Origin: Octopus bimaculoides
Taxonomy: Eukaryota
NCBI RefSeq assembly: GCF_001194135.2
Contig: NC_068997.1
Span: 5,269,131 to 5,333,130, forward strand
Length of the DNA: 64,000 bases
Reading direction: 5' to 3'
The position numbers and the translations under genes are program-made. Shown here piece after piece: positions 63,960-64,000 of this stretch (its first letter is position 1; each line of letters starts with the position of its first letter). A model generated the notes under the pieces. That model was given only the letters and a program-made list of their open reading frames with translations. It ran no database searches and was not told where the DNA came from.

Positions 63960-64000
<41 letters not shown>

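Noticed and set aside
54823-64000. FBXL7 exons 1-2
   Set aside because: No convincing MGA-like start or phase-compatible exon recognised; short exons could have been missed

Overview
Eukaryotic, AT-rich, microsatellite-rich animal DNA with six N gaps. The repeat content (tRNA-derived SINEs, RTE and CR1 LINEs, mariners, long TA/CA tracts) suggests an Octopus (coleoid cephalopod) genome; this is an inference. Three genes are supported. (1) Cyclin T (CCNT), minus strand: only coding exon 1 (10420-10260) is in the window. (2) KANSL2/NSL2, plus strand, divergent from CCNT: 9 phase-consistent coding exons (21433/21538-43843, about 603 aa from the second ATG). (3) FBXL7, minus strand, convergent with KANSL2: its last two coding exons (54822-54025, 48291-47558). 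Highlights: CCNT and KANSL2 each carry a U12-type (minor spliceosome) 5' splice site with competing U2-type sites nearby; the two genes are also neighbours in human; CCNT intron 1 holds a CpG/E-box-rich block with a candidate in-frame alternative terminal exon; the KANSL2 C-terminus is Gln-rich and seems to lack the WDR5-binding motif while keeping an FDPSL motif. No rRNA, true tRNA or CRISPR array was seen. Human comparisons are from memory and need confirming by alignment.
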